A DNA stretch of 63,401 nt, counting the filler, from Sluysia triapertura (Eukaryota), in NCBI GenBank assembly GCA_046118255.1. It is 4 parts of 4 records of this genome, joined end to end, with 100 filler letters (N's around TTAATTAATTAA, not from the genome) between each part and the next. Parts side by side here need not be neighbours in the genome. Positions count along the whole stretch, not along the records: positions 35,324 to 51,318 come from JBJNIA010213254.1; positions 51,419 to 63,401 come from JBJNIA010150383.1; 2 more parts are not named here. The stretch is one strand, 5' to 3'. Made by a program: the position numbers and the translations under genes. Under the pieces are notes generated by a model. That model made no database searches. It saw only the letters and a program-made list of their open reading frames with translations, and had not been told where the DNA came from. Positions within the stretch are counted from its first letter, which is position 1. The number at the start of each line of letters is the position of its first letter. This document shows positions 42,035 to 54,932 of the stretch, piece after piece.

Positions 42035-43135
42035 AAAATTCGGCAAAACATTCGTAACTCTAATTACAACTTTAGATGTAACTAATGGTGATCCTTATAA
42101 ACGAGAACTAAATCTCGAAACGTATACTTATCAAACAAATTTATTACTCGAATATACGCACTCTATAACAAATTTAAATTCAAAACTACATAATGATAAT
42201 AGTAATACGCCTTCAACAGGAACGAAAACTTCAGATCTATATATTGAACCTCTTTTAAAATTCTTCTTAAAATTTTGTTCAACATCACTCGGCGCATTAC
42301 CACCCATACTCATTTGAAATAATACATCTAATACTCCCAAACCCTTCATCTTACACTACATTTTGGCGATTAATATCCAACATTCGATAAGATCCATTTA
42401 ATAGTTTATTCTCTTAAATCGAACCATAATCATAAACTTACAACATATAAACCACAAAACATTGAATACTGTTTCACAACATCAACAAATATACTTGAAA
42501 CATAGAAAGCACCTACTTCACTTCTTCGAATTAAGTACAACATTTCAAATACACTAATCATCAATCCATAATCATCATTAACACAGAACACCAACACCAA
42601 AACACCAAACAAAATAATCACACAAAACATAGCATAATAATATCTTAAATGTACAGAGAGTTATATTGCAATTGTCATTTTAAATTCAACAAATTATAAT
42701 CTTCACAATAAACCTTTATCCAATATAATTTAATACATAAAACTTGTTGTCAAACATAAAAACTTCAATCAACATCAAAGAATTTACACTAACACTCTTC
42801 AATTCACTTCAAGACTCATATCAAATATTATACCTTCAAAGATTAAGCATACCTAACAATTCTTTCAAACAACCTTTACTCAGAAACTTAGTTTCAAACA
42901 CATTTAAACATGTTAAAATTCTACAAGTTACCAAAATATAATGCAGCTTTAAAGAATTCAGTTTTATGCAATGAAGCAGCAACGATAACTCGAGTACCGT
43001 GTGCCCGTTATCGTTGCTCCTTCGTACATTATCAGTGGCTGTTATTTCATTTTTCATCTTTGTATGTTAGAATAGTCAAGATTGAAAGAGAATATCGTGT
43101 AAAGTATATTTTTAAGAGAATTTATGTAATTATTT
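42035..43135 (+). mobile_element. Decayed DIRS-type YR unit
   Basis: About 1.1 kb, C-rich. KQPLLRNLV..; SF..EAAT at ~42960-42984 (HSFR.GAAT-like); 3' end similar to 40200-40360. Confidence 0.5.
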
Positions 43136-43489
43136 TCAAATAAATAACATTAATAATAAAATCATTATTTTATTATTAATATTACAAATTTTATTAAATT
43201 TAAAACTTATTTAAAACTTATTAAATTACTATCAGTAGCTAATGTCTGTCAAAATAATTTAATTAATGAACTACTGATAGTGGTTAGTTAAAGAATCACT
43301 TTGTCTAGAATAAAATTAATTTACTCATCATCCAATCAGGACCTGTTTTCCTCATCTATCTTTTTCAAAGGCCTGATTAGATGACTAATGATATTATAGC
43401 AGCTAAAAATAAAAGTTAGCACTAATTAAAAAAGCAGTAATAACGTTTTCCAATCGGCAATTACAAAAACAATGATTGACTATTATGAC

Positions 43490-44122
43490 GTAACTAGACG
43501 CCACAAATATTCAAAAGTATTGTGGATTGAATCATCATTAAAAATTATGGAATATATAAATGTTGGATGCAATATATGGAGCTGTTAAATCTTGGAACAA
43601 AATTAAGCCAGTAGCACTAGTTCGATCGTGGTTGAAAATTTTGTCAAATGTAGAAAGTAATGTTCGAACTCTATCGAACCTGAGATATGTAACATTTTAG
43701 AATTATGTGAACTCATGAAAAATTTAAATGGCAAAGTATGACCAAAATATTAAGAAATTGATGAAATTTGATTCATCTGATCCAGGATTCCATAAAAAGA
43801 ATGACACAGATATTATTTCAAATCTCATTTCAAATCCAAATGAAAATAAAAGTGAGACTGAAAGTGATGTAGAAGATATTATCAATCGTATTAATCACTA
43901 TGCTGACTTCTGTCGATACTTTACTAGAATACGTCAATCAATGGAGCTTCGAGATTGTACTAAAAATTCATTGAGAATTCACTTAAACAAACCAAAGCAT
44001 TGAATTCATTTTCATTGTTTTTGTATTATACTAGTATTATTATTTTGCGGATTATCCGTGTTCTTTGATTATCGGTGCCAGCCTTCCCCACCATTAACTC
44101 GGATAATCGCGAGTTCACTGTA
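43490..44122 (+). mobile_element. pogo/Tigger-like transposon 3' end
   Basis: MLDAIYGAVKSWNKIKPVALVRSWLKIL (pogo DDE_1 C-terminal motif). Right TIR cggataatcgcgagttcactg|TA at 44100-44122. Confidence 0.8.
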
Positions 44123-45854
44123 CCATGCATTCTACGTAGCGAGGATACGAGACTCTTATATCTATAACTACAGATATCTCATTTTAATAATTTATTTCAA
44201 TTTCTTCCTAATTTCAGAAACCAAATATCAGATGGTCGAGGATGACATATATAAAAAGTAGGCAAAATGAGTGGTGACCCAACTAATTATTCAAAATTTC
44301 AAACATTTAATAATACAACTAAGTAACTTAAGATATTAAATCTCTACAACTTAAAATTCTTATAATTCAAAAAATTCAATCGTAATAAAAAATGAATAAA
44401 ATGAAAATAAAAATACCTTCAATTTCTCTCTATGGTATTCCGGCCAACACCTACCCACATATCACACAAATCATAACAATCATCTACACAAACCTCATCA
44501 CAAAAATACATTATAACAAATTTTATTCGTATCAATTGCAACATCACACCACTCATCCTTACAAAATTTTAAATGCCTAATAAAATGCTGTTTTGTTAAA
44601 CACAAAAACATTTCGTAATGTATAAATTCTACTTAGAAGAAGTGAACGAGAGTGAGAAAAAGAATTATAAAAGAGAATTAAGATGAGTTTAATTTATTTT
44701 TACGGAAATTTCATTTTTTACAAAATTTTGAATTTTTAACTAAAGAAATTCTAAGTTGTTAAAATTTAATATTTTAAGTTATCGAGATTAAACACTTTAA
44801 TTTGTTTGGTTGTTGTGTAGTTGTGTTATGAAGTGTACACAATGAGTTTGGTCCCCAAAAGAACTACCGAAATTGATGGTAGTTAATTGCAATTTGTTAT
44901 CAAAGAATTCGAAAAAGAAACAAATCGTAAAGTGGATCGACATGATCGAATAGAGCTGGAAAAAGAGTATAAACAAATCAAAAATGGCATCGGAGAAATC
45001 GAAGAATTATTAAAATGATTAATTTGAAAAAGATTCATTATTTATTAATAATTACATTTTTTTACAAGTTTATTGAATTTTGTTTTAAATAAGATGAAAT
45101 TTGGAATTGCTGTTAATGTTATTCTTTAGACGTAACACTAAAGGTTTGAAGTATACCTATTCATATTTCATATATCTGAATAATAATAGAAATTAAATAA
45201 ATATAATGTTATTAATTGATAAATAACTACTGATTCTTATTTATAAATGATACAGTTACATAAATAATATTTCAATAAAAAATTATTTGTTTATATTTGT
45301 TATGAATCATACAATTAATGATAGAAAGTGAATATTTTCTGTTTGATTTTCTTTAACAATTAATTATTTCGATCACCGAGATTGAACAAGTGCGGAAAAT
45401 TTTTATTCATCTCGCACGAATTAGAAAGAAATTATGAAAAAATGAAATAAAATAAAATTCAGTTTTGATATTCACAGAAATCTGATACAAATTCAATAAA
45501 AATAATTCAAAATACATAAATAATATTTTTGTTTAACATATATCTTCGTTTAAACTATTAATAATGCTTGTTTGATCTTCTTTAACAATGAATCCTTTGA
45601 ATTTGAAATCACCGTCGAAATTGAACAAATATGGAGAATCCTTCAGATCCTGAATAATGAATTAATTTATTAATGCTTTCAATTAGTATTCGAATGTTGT
45701 TCTACATAATATAATTTAATAATTTATATTTGTAGATAATGTACAATTTTGATCGCTTCACAAATTTGTCACACTTTATTGAAATAATAAAATTAAACCT
45801 TAAATAATTTATAAATGTACTTTATATCAATTTAATTAAATATTCATTATAAAT

Positions 45855-46370
45855 TTATAAAGATATTACGAGATTTAGACTCTCTGAATATTCGATTCCG
45901 TAATACGATTCATTTTGCATCTTCAATTTTAATTTCAGTCCACCACGATATTTATTTCCATTGATATTTAATTCATACATGTCTGAATCTGAATCCTTCA
46001 CACATTCAACACACGATATCATGTAATTATTATGGATATTTAAAATAGATTCACATTTCTCTGATATAATAAAAATTTCTACATTTCTCTCACATTCGCA
46101 TAATTTATACGATCCAACATAAATTGGTTTTATATTTGTTGTTGCATTATAAATCTCTCTTTTGGATATTCCAATAAATTCTTTTCCATTAATAAATCCA
46201 TAAATCGATATTTCATTTTGTATATATCCTTTCAAAAAATAGGGATTTTTTGGAGTTTCTACAAGCTTTACACAACAAATATCACCATCGTTGAATATGT
46301 TGGAAGTGTTTAAATTTATTTTTACTAATTCATTATGTTTACCTAAATTTAATACAATAATAATCACATA
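45855..46370 (-). CDS. Unknown Cys-containing coding region (possible exon)
   Basis: 176-aa ORF. A downstream candidate exon (cag|DLKDSPYLFNFDGDFKFKGFIVKEDQT, ~45649-45545) has a decayed duplicate at ~45400-45340. Confidence 0.35.
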   Translation of the reverse strand, partial: YVIIIVLNLGKHNELVKINLNTSNIFNDGDICCVKLVETPKNPYFLKGYIQNEISIYGFINGKEFIGISKREIYNATTNIKPIYVGSYKLCECERNVEIFIISEKCESILNIHNNYMISCVECVKDSDSDMYELNINGNKYRGGLKLKLKMQNESYYGIEYSESLNLVISL

Positions 46371-46869
46371 CACTGTGGTGGCCAATCTTTCACTTAAAAT
46401 TTAAATACCACTTCACATAGAATATCGCATTTTTTTATTCTTGCATTTTAATTTCTCTGATTAATTAAAAACTTTTCAAAACATTTTAAATTCACAATCT
46501 TACATCATCAAAATCCATATTTACAATTCAAAATCATTAATGCACATTTAAATTTCATTTAGGACAGTTTAACTCATAATTTCACAATAGAACTATAATT
46601 TAAATCTTTAACTATCAAATATACAGTTAAAACTAATACACAACATTTCAAGTTCATAATTCTTCAACACTTCATCTTGTAGATCATCGAAAAACATTAA
46701 AACCACATTGCAAAATCAATTTAAAACATAGTTATCAAAAAGAACTTCATTTAAATTAATTCTTAGTAAAGAATCTTTAAAGAATTTTATTTAAGAATTT
46801 TTTATATTTTATAAAAGATTAGATCATGTAAATAAATAAACAGATTTTGTATTTCGATATTTTTATTAC

Positions 46870-46930
<61 letters not shown>

Positions 46931-47554
46931 GTGATCATTATAATCATTAATTTCATCGTACCAGCATTTTTGTCGTAGTCGTTCTTGTTACCATCAGCAG
47001 TATTGTGGTTAATTAAAGTTGTTATTAAATTGGTTTTGTTGCTTTGAGTGGCATATGCCTTTACCTTATTATCATTATTATACTGCACAATACCATTGCT
47101 TACAGTCGTTTATTTGTAACTTTGTTTTCAATTGATTGGTAACCAACAAACCAATCAAAAAACACATCTCTAGGCACAAATTAAAAATAAGGCATCAGTA
47201 GATTAAATGAACCAGCAAAAAGATCAATAAATCATACGAAACAAAAGTTAACAAGATCAGGAAATCATACATAATTAGAAGTTAAAAGGATCAATAATCA
47301 GACGACTTGTCAGAAATAATTATGCAGCTGTGGTGTCTCAGTCATATACTGTACTTTTGTTCCCACGTACAGTCATATTTATATAAGTCATTCGCTTATA
47401 CTCTCGACATTGCACAATTTCAACTCATCACACAAATTTCAAGACTCAAAATATAAAAAACTATTATTATAAACTATCATAGTTGGTTCCTCTGATATCA
47501 TCCTCCTGATTTGCCTCAACATCACCTCTGAAAATTTGCTACTCGTTTTTAAAA

Positions 47555-47850
47555 AGGATGCTGAGAAAATCATGTAAAACGATTATCAATGTGTGAACGT
47601 GTTGCTATTCAAGATCTTTCTAATGAAACTTGTCTTTCTGAATGTTCTATTATATCTGAGGAAACTTTAGAACAAATTGATAAAGAAATAGTAGGGGTTT
47701 TTATCAGAATCGTATGAAAACGTCAAATCTCTACTTATCAAATATCAGAAACAGTGGGACATTCTCATCGATAAATTATTAAAAGAAGGAACACTTAACT
47801 TGGATCAAGAAGAAACCGTACTTAAAGATCGTAAAGTCGAATTAAACGAT
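47555..47850 (+). pseudogene. FtsH/YME1L-like peptidase M41 C-terminal fragment
   Basis: KRLSMCERVAIQDLS..SEETLEQIDKEIV/FLSESYENVKSLLIKYQKQWDILIDKLLKEGTL resembles the M41 tail (GMSEK..SEET..ID.E...L..SY..AK.LL..LL..ETL). Frameshifted; no AAA domain nearby. Confidence 0.6.
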
Positions 47851-48287
47851 GTCGGTACACAAATCAAAGTCGAACAGGAAATTGTTGACAATTTTGGTCC
47901 TACGACTTATTTTATTATATTACTATTACCAATTTAATAATGGTAATAATAATGACATTATATTATATTTCAATCTATAAATCTTATGATGTTTCATGTT
48001 ATTCTGCAAATGTGATCAAATATTCATGTATTGATGTTATTAAAGTAGTTGATGTTATAAGTGATTCCAAAACTGTGATCCGCAGATTGTTCAAGGATAC
48101 GAAAAGCGACTTGAAAGCCTCTAAATTATTTTATAATAAATAATCATTACTTTCAAATTTTATTTTTACATAATTGTACATAATATCGTAAAATCAAACA
48201 CATAATTGACTTAATTTGAATCACTTTTTGCTGTCGCTGTTTAAATATTACTAGATAAAAATTACAAGCACTTTTTAAAAATTTTAT

Positions 48288-50598
48288 AATGTAAATTCGA
48301 AAGATGATTTCTTATGAAGACATGTACTATATATCTGAATCCGCCTTACAGAATTTTCTTAGCGAGCAGGTTTGCCATTTTAAAATGTAATAATACTCCT
48401 TCAGTTTATTTTTAAGCAGAAAGATTTGATAAAACTTAATTCTGGAAAAGGCTTTCGAGCCAATTTTATGATTTATATGCGGATTATGCAAGACCTTGAT
48501 CTCAGTTTTTGAATCATATCCCGTATGAAGCGAAGATGAAAATAATGTGTTTGCAATTAAATTTGAAATTGTCTTTTAGGTGGAAGTCACAATCACACTT
48601 TATGTTCCAGATTTGGAAGCGGTTTTTATGGTTACGTTTTGGGACTTATTCGTCAAGAAAATCCATACGACAATAATATATATTTTGGGCTTATAATCAC
48701 AAACTTCAAAAGGATAATTAGGACGATGGGACATTGTAATACTTCCGGAAACAAACCAATAGATATTTTCCTTTTTTTGTTTCATTTTTTATGATTTTGG
48801 ATTTGAATTTTTATTTAAATCGCTTTAGACTTTTATTTGTGTTTGATTATTTTTATTACCGCAATGAAACCAATAACTATGATAAAACTAAATTTATTGA
48901 CCATAACTTTTATGTTTACAAAAATGATTGTGTCGCTGTGTTGATCATCACGGTAGCGATCATGATTATGCATATCAATATTTTAAATTTTTATTATGTT
49001 CACGTATTACCATGAATTCCAAGAACATGGAGTTACAGATGAAGACTGTGATTCGTTCACACGAAGAACGGCTCGTGTAAAAAAGCACATCCAGGCTGAA
49101 CCTACTGTTCTTTTGAGTTACCATCATGTAAGTTTTTTGTTTGTACGATATTTTAATGTGCTTCAAGAATCAATCGCTGTAGCTTATGTCTTAAATAAAA
49201 GAGTTGTTTTTTACTTTCTTGCTTTAAGAGAAAGATATACAAATTATCATAACTCTGAGTTATTAATTATATCACCCTTTCGTAATGACCTTAGTCCATT
49301 TTGTATTCAAATATTATAAGTTCAAATTTTAAAGTGCTCGTCATGTATTTATAAACTGGCCAGCATGATAATTCATTTTCCATAGACATCACCAAAAATT
49401 CTGATTTACGTAAAAAATTATCTGAATTGATACGTTTTATTTATAATTGACTAAGGCCATCATCATCAGTGAACAATATTAATTTAGAATACCTTATAGA
49501 CTCCTACAATGATATTTCAATTTCCAATATAGTACAAAAATTTATGAAAGCTTGTTACTCTAAAATAGAACTAGAATATCGATCAAAACTAATGCCCATT
49601 CTATGTACTTGTTTGTTAGGTACACGTAATCAAGCTACTAAATATTTTACATTATTTCTATTTCCACCAGCATGACTTCAATTAAAATTTGATGATAATA
49701 ATCGAAAGGTATATGAATCGATAAGTGTACCTTATCAGAGACAATGCATTGTTGAATTCTGGAAATCAATTTCATTAGCACCATGTGATAATAAAATGTG
49801 TTTATGTAATGGTAAACCAAAACCTCCATAATTTCCCTACAATATTTATGCCTCTGATTTTAGCAGAATTATCTCAAATAATACAACTTCTTTAATAAGT
49901 ACGATGAAGAAACTATTATGACCATTTGTGCAGTACTTAGTGACACAAAATATTTTGTAACATCGTGGATTGAACACCAGGCAAAATTTATGTATTTAGA
50001 TTACGGTAAAGTAAATGTTATTAATTCAATGATAAATTGGCACGTTCTACAACCATGTCTCAATGATATATAAATTTTAGATCAAAACGTTAACAGGATA
50101 CGTCCTAGATCACTACAATTAATGCATACGGTGTTATGAGGAAATCTACAATTATAATGAATAATTTTTCGTATGTCAAGCTGTTATTTACTTCACATAA
50201 TAAGCAAAATCATATAGATCCCAATTCCAACACGTTGATCACACTATTCTGATTAACATGATGACAAACGAAGATGTAATTTACCAGTCACCCAAATGTT
50301 TGGAAAAGTCGAAAGGAATATTCCAATGTTCAAAGGAATACTAAACTTCCGCCGGCATCAAGTCAAGACGTACAAGAACAAACAAATGAGTATATTTACT
50401 TCAATCGTAAAGTCAAACAAAAAAATAAAGATACTGTTGGTCCAACAATTATCAATTCAAATACAACATTAGTTTCACACAAACGTTTGGGACAATGCAC
50501 TTATCAAACCAATGAATTAGGAATATGTGTTAAATCTGGCAAAGGATGCAAATACTATCACAATCAAATAAATGGATCACGATGGAACTTCAAATGAA
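48288..50598 (+). pseudogene. Decayed FAM120-like (PIN/XPG-like) gene with C-terminal CCCH finger
   Basis: Ordered motifs: tag|GGSHNHTL (FAM120 GGQWNHML), LEAVF, KNDCVAVL..GSDHDY (DSDY), DEDCDSF (DEDLASF), RIRPRSLQL (DPRGIQL). Ends CTYQTNELGICVKSGKGCKYYH..*. Many stops and frameshifts; residual splice sites (e.g. cat|GTAAGT at 49128). Confidence 0.55.
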
Positions 50599-51318
50599 TA
50601 TGGAAAGAATAGCTTTACGAAATAACGAAGTAATTTTAAATTTTTATTTTAAATTAATATTTGATCCTTGTTATTCTTGTTACAGAAATTTCTACTTGGA
50701 ATTATTGATAGGATGTTCAAAGACAAACTCAAGGGTCAACTCGACCGAAAATTTGACAATACTATTAAACGTATCCAATTTTTTAAAATTTACGTTTTAT
50801 GTTCATAAACATTTTTTAATTTTCAATCCTAAAGTCTTGATTCATTTTAGTAATAAAAATAATTTTCACAGAATTCTCGTAAATTTTAATAAAAAATTTA
50901 ATTTTCAAATCATTAAACGTTTAAGTCTTCATAAACCACTAAAAATACATAAGCCATCATAAATTAACATTTCATACACAAATAAAACACTAAAAATATT
51001 ACCTGTTTTATACAAAACACACACACAATCATAATGTACGGTTATCATGAGTTATAGTTATTGTTATCATAAATTCCATTGTAATAACAATTATAATAAT
51101 TTCAAATAATAATTCTTATAATAAAATCATAATTCCATCAACATCATCATATTAAAATATATCATATAAAGTGTTGAGGGCGTCATTAACAATTTTATTC
51201 TTCGTATCAGTTTAACCCTTTTCTTTATTTTAATTTTTTTGAGTTTTACAAAAATGATTTTAGTTAAACGAAAACAATCAACTATTTTAAGTTTAAAATC
51301 TAACAAAAAGGGCTTAAA

Positions 51319-51418
51319 NNNNNNNNNNNNNNNNNNNNNNNNNNNNNNNNNNNNNNNNNNNNTTAATTAATTAANNNNNNNNNNNNNNNNNNNNNNNNNN
51401 NNNNNNNNNNNNNNNNNN
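51319..51418. other. Artificial contig linker
   Basis: N44-TTAATTAATTAA-N44. Confidence 0.98.
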
Positions 51419-52810
51419 AGAAATATTTTTTCGTTGGTAATATTGTAATTTGGAGGCAATTTAACAAATTTATGTTAACAAGTTTTGATCATCAAACAAT
51501 TTTTTTATCATACCGCAAACAATTTCATAGTGCTCCACCGCAAGTTATTGCTCATGATTACCTTTTTCATGTTGTTAGTGAGGAAGATATCAGATCAAAC
51601 ATAACCTACTTGCATAATAGTTACGAAGGCATTCTACATTTGATGACTTTCAAAGTCAATGATTTAATTCAAGTTACGTTATTATATTTGTTATTTAAAT
51701 TTTATTGTATTCATAACATATTTTGTTAGTTTGTTAAATTTTTTAATCTTGCCATTATTTTTAACTGTTACAGGCCTTAAGCCTATGTTCTTAAAAATAA
51801 AAATAAAATTTTTTAAGTGTTCTAATTTCGTTAAAATAATATTTAATAAATTTCATAAATTAAGCAACTTCTCGCCCTACACAAGGGGTTTAATACAAAA
51901 CAATTATTTCTTGACGGATATACAAGTGGACGTTTTGAACAGAAACTGTTCGACCGGTAAGCAATTATTAAAGCAATATTTATTAATCAGGACAAAGACT
52001 GGTTAAAAATGTGATTTGTTAGATAATTCAGTTGTAACCATTTAATGTAAGTTATCTGACTCTTACGCGGATTTAAGATTTTAAAATAGCAAGTTGAATA
52101 AATTAAATTAATTCAAATAAAGTAAAATTAAAGTGCATTTTCATATTGGATTAAAGTGCTTCAAATAAAATAATATTAAGGTGTATTCTATATTTTTTGA
52201 TATGCATTTGATTGTGAGCGAAATAAATTAAAATATAATTTTCTTTAGTGTTATTACTTATTTAATTTATCATTAGTGGAAAAGCTGAATTGAGGTAAAG
52301 CTTTAAGAGGTTAAATCTGATAAATCGTTAAGGTCAAAACTTTTGTCAATGAGGCACTTCCATCTCTAACATCAGGGATGAGCAATAAACTCATTGAAAT
52401 TACTGCATTATAGAGTTATATAATTTCATTACTTTAAGAAAGAAAAGTCAAAGTCTTTGAGTCGAATAACTTTGTATTAAAAAGTAAGATAGGTTAATAT
52501 TTATCATATACTTATAAACCAAATCAATATAGAAAAGACATGAAAGCTAGTAACAACTAAAGTAACAAAATAGTTTATAATTAGCAAAAACATTTTAAAT
52601 TTAAATAGAACCAAGAACTACTAAACTTTATAAACAAAATTAAATCTAAATGCAAAATTACATCGAACAATTTTATTTGATAAAATGCTTTAGAAAACAG
52701 CATAACAGAATTCACAATAAACTTTATTTTTTACCACATCTGAAAAAACAAGTTTGCGATAAATTCATTATTATCGAACAGAAACATATTTGAAAATGAC
52801 AATCATTATA

Positions 52811-54098
52811 TCAATTATCACCTCCCAAAGTGTAACCACGCCCGGGAAAACGAACATTATTTGCTGGTGGTGGTCGTCGAGTTGTTGGAGGAGCGCCAAA
52901 TCCATATATGCCTCCACTCGTGCTAGGAAACCAATTATATCTAAATATTAAAGCATTTCTTTAAAAATGTAATAAGCACTCCATAAATATATAATTACAA
53001 ATGCTTCGTGATTTTTGAAAACATAAATCTACCATCACTCTATGTACATAAACCAAATCTTTCATACTCTTTATCGCGAATCAAAATAAAGGCATACTTA
53101 TTTTCAGTGCTTCTAGAGTCAAACGTGGATCTTATAAATTAAACTTACTACCTGTTTGTGTAATCATTATAAAATAAAATTTTTATTGTAGTGTCAATAA
53201 CGTTGTTTTTCTAGAATAACACGCCTTTATCTTTTGATTTGGTACTTTTAAAGAGCAATTCGTTGCAACCAATATACTTTTGTTTTATTTACATTTGTGC
53301 GGCCAAACTATTTTCTTTCAGTGTTTATGATTTGCTTACTAACAATACTGAAATTTTAACCCTTTTCGGTATAAGTTATTGTGATTTGATAATTTTATTT
53401 ACCATAAATCTCCTTCTTTAATTATAAAATAAAAGTAATACAATATAAATTGCAGCATATAACAATGCAACTGCTTTTATACAAATAATCTATATGCAAT
53501 TGTACACTTGACTTTAAGAAAATAGTTATTTAATATAATTATGCAACAAACGATCAAGTCGTAAATTCATATTTAAATATTTTTATGATATAAAGTATAT
53601 TAATTGTAAACCATAAACATACGAAGATTGCTTGCATTTGGCCTTATGTAATTCTATTTTAAAATATTTTAAGTTATTATTTAAATTATTTTTTTACAAA
53701 AGCATTCAATTACAAGTAATAATTGCAAAATAATAATTCACTTACAAAAATCTTGGTGTTTTAATCCACTGTCTACCACCGTAGTCTTGAGGATATTTAA
53801 TAGCAAAAAAATAATACATGTGACCAACAACGATACCTAATAATTCCGAGAAGCCTCTAAAAATAGAATCAAATTAATTTATAACATAAAGTTATGTTAA
53901 CTCAAAGACATGTTAAACGTACTATAGGATCAAAAAAACTCAAAATAACCCTCCTTGAATGACAATATTGAATCCAGCCAAGATCCATGGTAAATACATG
54001 GCTTTAAACTGTGTTCCGAACCAGAATTGAACAATAGCATCCTTATTTAATTGACACCAGACATATAAAACACTTATTATCATCGGATCCATTAGTAA
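52811..54098 (-). CDS. DERL1: Derlin-1, last three exons (54098-53950, 53856-53746, 52940-52811)
   Basis: GT-AG splicing in phase gives LLMDPMIISVLYVWCQLNKDAIVQFWFGTQFKAMYLPWILAGFNIVIQGG GFSELLGIVVGHMYYFFAIKYPQDYGGRQWIKTPRFL YNWFP..GFGAPP..FPGRGYTLGGDN*, including the SHP box. 5' exons not found. Confidence 0.93.
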
Positions 54099-54673
54099 CT
54101 AAAATTACCAAATGCATTGTTAATTTAAAATATCCAGAATATAAAATATAAACACCTTAGTAAAAGTAATTGTCATGGTTGCACAAAAAATAGTGTATAA
54201 AGTTACCAAAGTTACACTAAATAAGCATTAACTAAACATGAACATTAGAGAGAAAAGCAAAAATAATAGAGCCACAATTTCCTTCTAACCCGGTCACAAT
54301 GCAGTTTTTAAGTTATGAAAAAATTTTCGATGTCGAAAATGAATAGTTTTGGATATTATCATTAAACCTTATATCCCAAACTTCAGAATATCTTACAGAT
54401 GAAAGTCAAATGACGTAAATTCCAGAGATGTGAAATTAACTAGTCTCAAATGATACATAAATGAGACACAAAAGTATACATTGTTGCATTATCTTATTAG
54501 TTAGTTATTATTAGTTATTAGTTAGTTAAAAATGGAATGTTCATTTCACAGTAATATTGGATAGGTTAATAATACTGTACGTTGATAAAAATCGCTAATT
54601 TATGAAATGAGTTAATTTCATACTTTTATAAGTATAGTTACGTTTCAGTTTTTTGAACAAAAGCAAGTCTATG

Positions 54674-54752
54674 TTAACACATTATGAGCGGGGCGGGTAT
54701 TATTACCCGTTTTATGGACTGTACTTAAGAATACCCGCTCATAATGTGTTAA
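54674..54752. mobile_element. 71-bp piggyBac-type MITE with TTAA TSD
   Basis: TTAA|CACATTATGAGCGGG ... CCCGCTCATAATGTG|TTAA, perfect 15-bp TIRs (element 54678-54748). Confidence 0.8.
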
Positions 54753-54875
54753 TAAATTAAAAAGTTTTCATACAGAATAAATCTTGCAGAAAATTTTAAT
54801 ACTTATGAAAATGCAGGAACTAATAAGTAATAAATTGTGTTATATTATTATTATTATTATCATTATTATATTATA

Positions 54876-54932
<57 letters not shown>

